A stretch of 64,000 bases of DNA from the IMG/VR virus record IMGVR_UViG_3300013372_003978, positions 1-64,000 of that record, one strand, 5' to 3'. The first letter of the stretch is position 1. Every line of letters begins with the position of its first letter. The DNA comes from a virus. Of the stretch, positions 62,853-64,000 are shown one piece after another. A program made the position numbers and the translations under genes. Below the pieces are notes generated by a model. The model saw nothing but the letters and a program-made list of their open reading frames with translations, was not told the origin of the DNA and searched no databases.

Positions 62853-63344
62853 ATGAAATTAATATCCCATAGAGGAAATATAATCGGACCAAATTTAAAA
62901 AGAGAAAACTCACCATCATATATTGACACTGCAATATGTGCTGGTTATGATGTTGAAGTGGATATAAATTTTACAAATGGTAAATTTTATCTAGGTCATG
63001 ATACACCTGATTATGAAATAACTGAAATTTGGATGACTAAAAGAAAATATAACATATGGTTTCACTGTAAAAATTTAGAAGCTGCATCAGAGCTTATCAA
63101 ATTACAAAAAAAATATGATATAGAGTTTAAGTTTTTTTGTCATTCATCTGATTCTTTTATTTTAACTAGTAATGATTATATTTGGGTTCATGATTTATCC
63201 TTAGATTTAAATAACAAATGTATTATTCCATTATTAAGTGATACTGATGTTTTAAAATATAACGGTAAATTAGTTTATGGTGTGTGTACTGATTATATTA
63301 GTTTAGCAGCATTTAATTTAAAACAAAAAGGATTATACAAATAA
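62853..63344 (+). CDS. PLC-like/GDPD-like phosphodiesterase
   Basis: ISHRGN, EN.P, GYDVEVD, LGHD.P, HCKN and GVCTD motifs. Confidence 0.8.
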   Translation: MKLISHRGNIIGPNLKRENSPSYIDTAICAGYDVEVDINFTNGKFYLGHDTPDYEITEIWMTKRKYNIWFHCKNLEAASELIKLQKKYDIEFKFFCHSSDSFILTSNDYIWVHDLSLDLNNKCIIPLLSDTDVLKYNGKLVYGVCTDYISLAAFNLKQKGLYK

Positions 63345-63349
63345 AAAAA

Positions 63350-64000
63350 ATGAATAAAAATATACAATTAATTATACCTATGTCTGGTGTTGGTAAACGT
63401 TTTATCGATGCTGGTTACGCTGATACTAAATCACTTATTATTGTCGATGGAAAACCAATAATTCAACACGTAGTTGAAATGTTTAATAGCCCTGATGATG
63501 TTATTTTCATTTGTAATGAAATACATTTAAGAGATACTAATATGAGAGAAATATTAGAATCAATATCGCCAAATTGTAAGATATTTTCTGTATCTAATGA
63601 GAATAGAAAAGGACCTGTTGATGCTGTTTATCAAATAGCTGAATATATCGATGACAATAGAGAAGTTATCGTTAGTTATTGTGATTATGGTACTTATTGG
63701 AATTACGACAAATTTTTAAAGGAAACTAGAGAAGCAAATTCTGATGGTGCTATTGCATGTTACACTGGATTTCATCCACACATGTTAGGTTCTGATAATT
63801 ATGCATTTGTTAAAATGGAAGATGATAAAGCAGTAGCGATTCAAGAAAAAAAACCTTTCACTGATAATAAAATGGCTGAATTAGCTTCTAATGGTACTTA
63901 TTATTTTAAAACTGGACGTATAGTAAAAGATAAGTTTAAAGAATTAATAGATTTAAACCATTCATTAAATAATGAATTTTATGTTAGTTTAGTTTATAAT
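63350..64000 (+). CDS. Partial sugar-phosphate nucleotidyltransferase (NTP_transferase fold), runs off window end
   Basis: Translated by hand: MNKNIQLIIPMSGVGKRFIDAGY..K.LI.VDGKPII.HV...SYCD...EKK....ASNGTYYF. Not in the ORF track because it has no stop. Confidence 0.88.
   Translation, partial: MNKNIQLIIPMSGVGKRFIDAGYADTKSLIIVDGKPIIQHVVEMFNSPDDVIFICNEIHLRDTNMREILESISPNCKIFSVSNENRKGPVDAVYQIAEYIDDNREVIVSYCDYGTYWNYDKFLKETREANSDGAIACYTGFHPHMLGSDNYAFVKMEDDKAVAIQEKKPFTDNKMAELASNGTYYFKTGRIVKDKFKELIDLNHSLNNEFYVSLVYN

Noticed and set aside
43911-64000. Cellular capsule/O-antigen locus or giant-virus (NCLDV) origin for the window
   Set aside because: The block is contiguous with T4-like neck genes, fibres and phage PolB, uses bacterial-type promoters, terminators and coupled genes, and shows no Wzx/Wzy/ABC export genes.

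Overview
This is an AT-rich, gene-dense 64-kb segment of a large (jumbo-type) tailed phage, read in the standard genetic code. Several TTTG/TTG-N19-20-TAnnTTTG promoters point to a Bacteroidota host. About 1-41 kb is mostly a minus-strand virion region. It holds many modular tail-fibre/adhesin genes (LamG, BspA/DUF285, beta-helix, YadA-like and S74 modules, and about 75 copies of a 17-aa variable repeat spread over three genes), T4 gp13/gp14/gp15-like neck and tail-completion genes, a free-standing GIY-YIG endonuclease and a 2OG-Fe(II) oxygenase. An SNF2 helicase, a glutaredoxin and a family-B DNA polymerase are interleaved. 41-44 kb holds small putative head-internal proteins, one with a WYL-like domain. 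From 43.9 kb to the window end is a plus-strand block with nucleotide-pool enzymes (HD-like hydrolase, dUTPase, IMPDH/GMP reductase) and about a dozen glycosyltransferase-like genes. It also contains a sugar-activation module: a GT-like::phosphoribulokinase fusion, C-methyltransferase, class II aldolase, HAD phosphatase, PLC/GDPD-like protein and nucleotidyltransferase. The best candidates for undescribed biology are this phage glycan pathway, the shared 17-aa variable-repeat fibre library, a triple-hairpin leader on the giant fibre gene and a distinct late-promoter motif. All calls come from reading motifs by eye; no searches were run.
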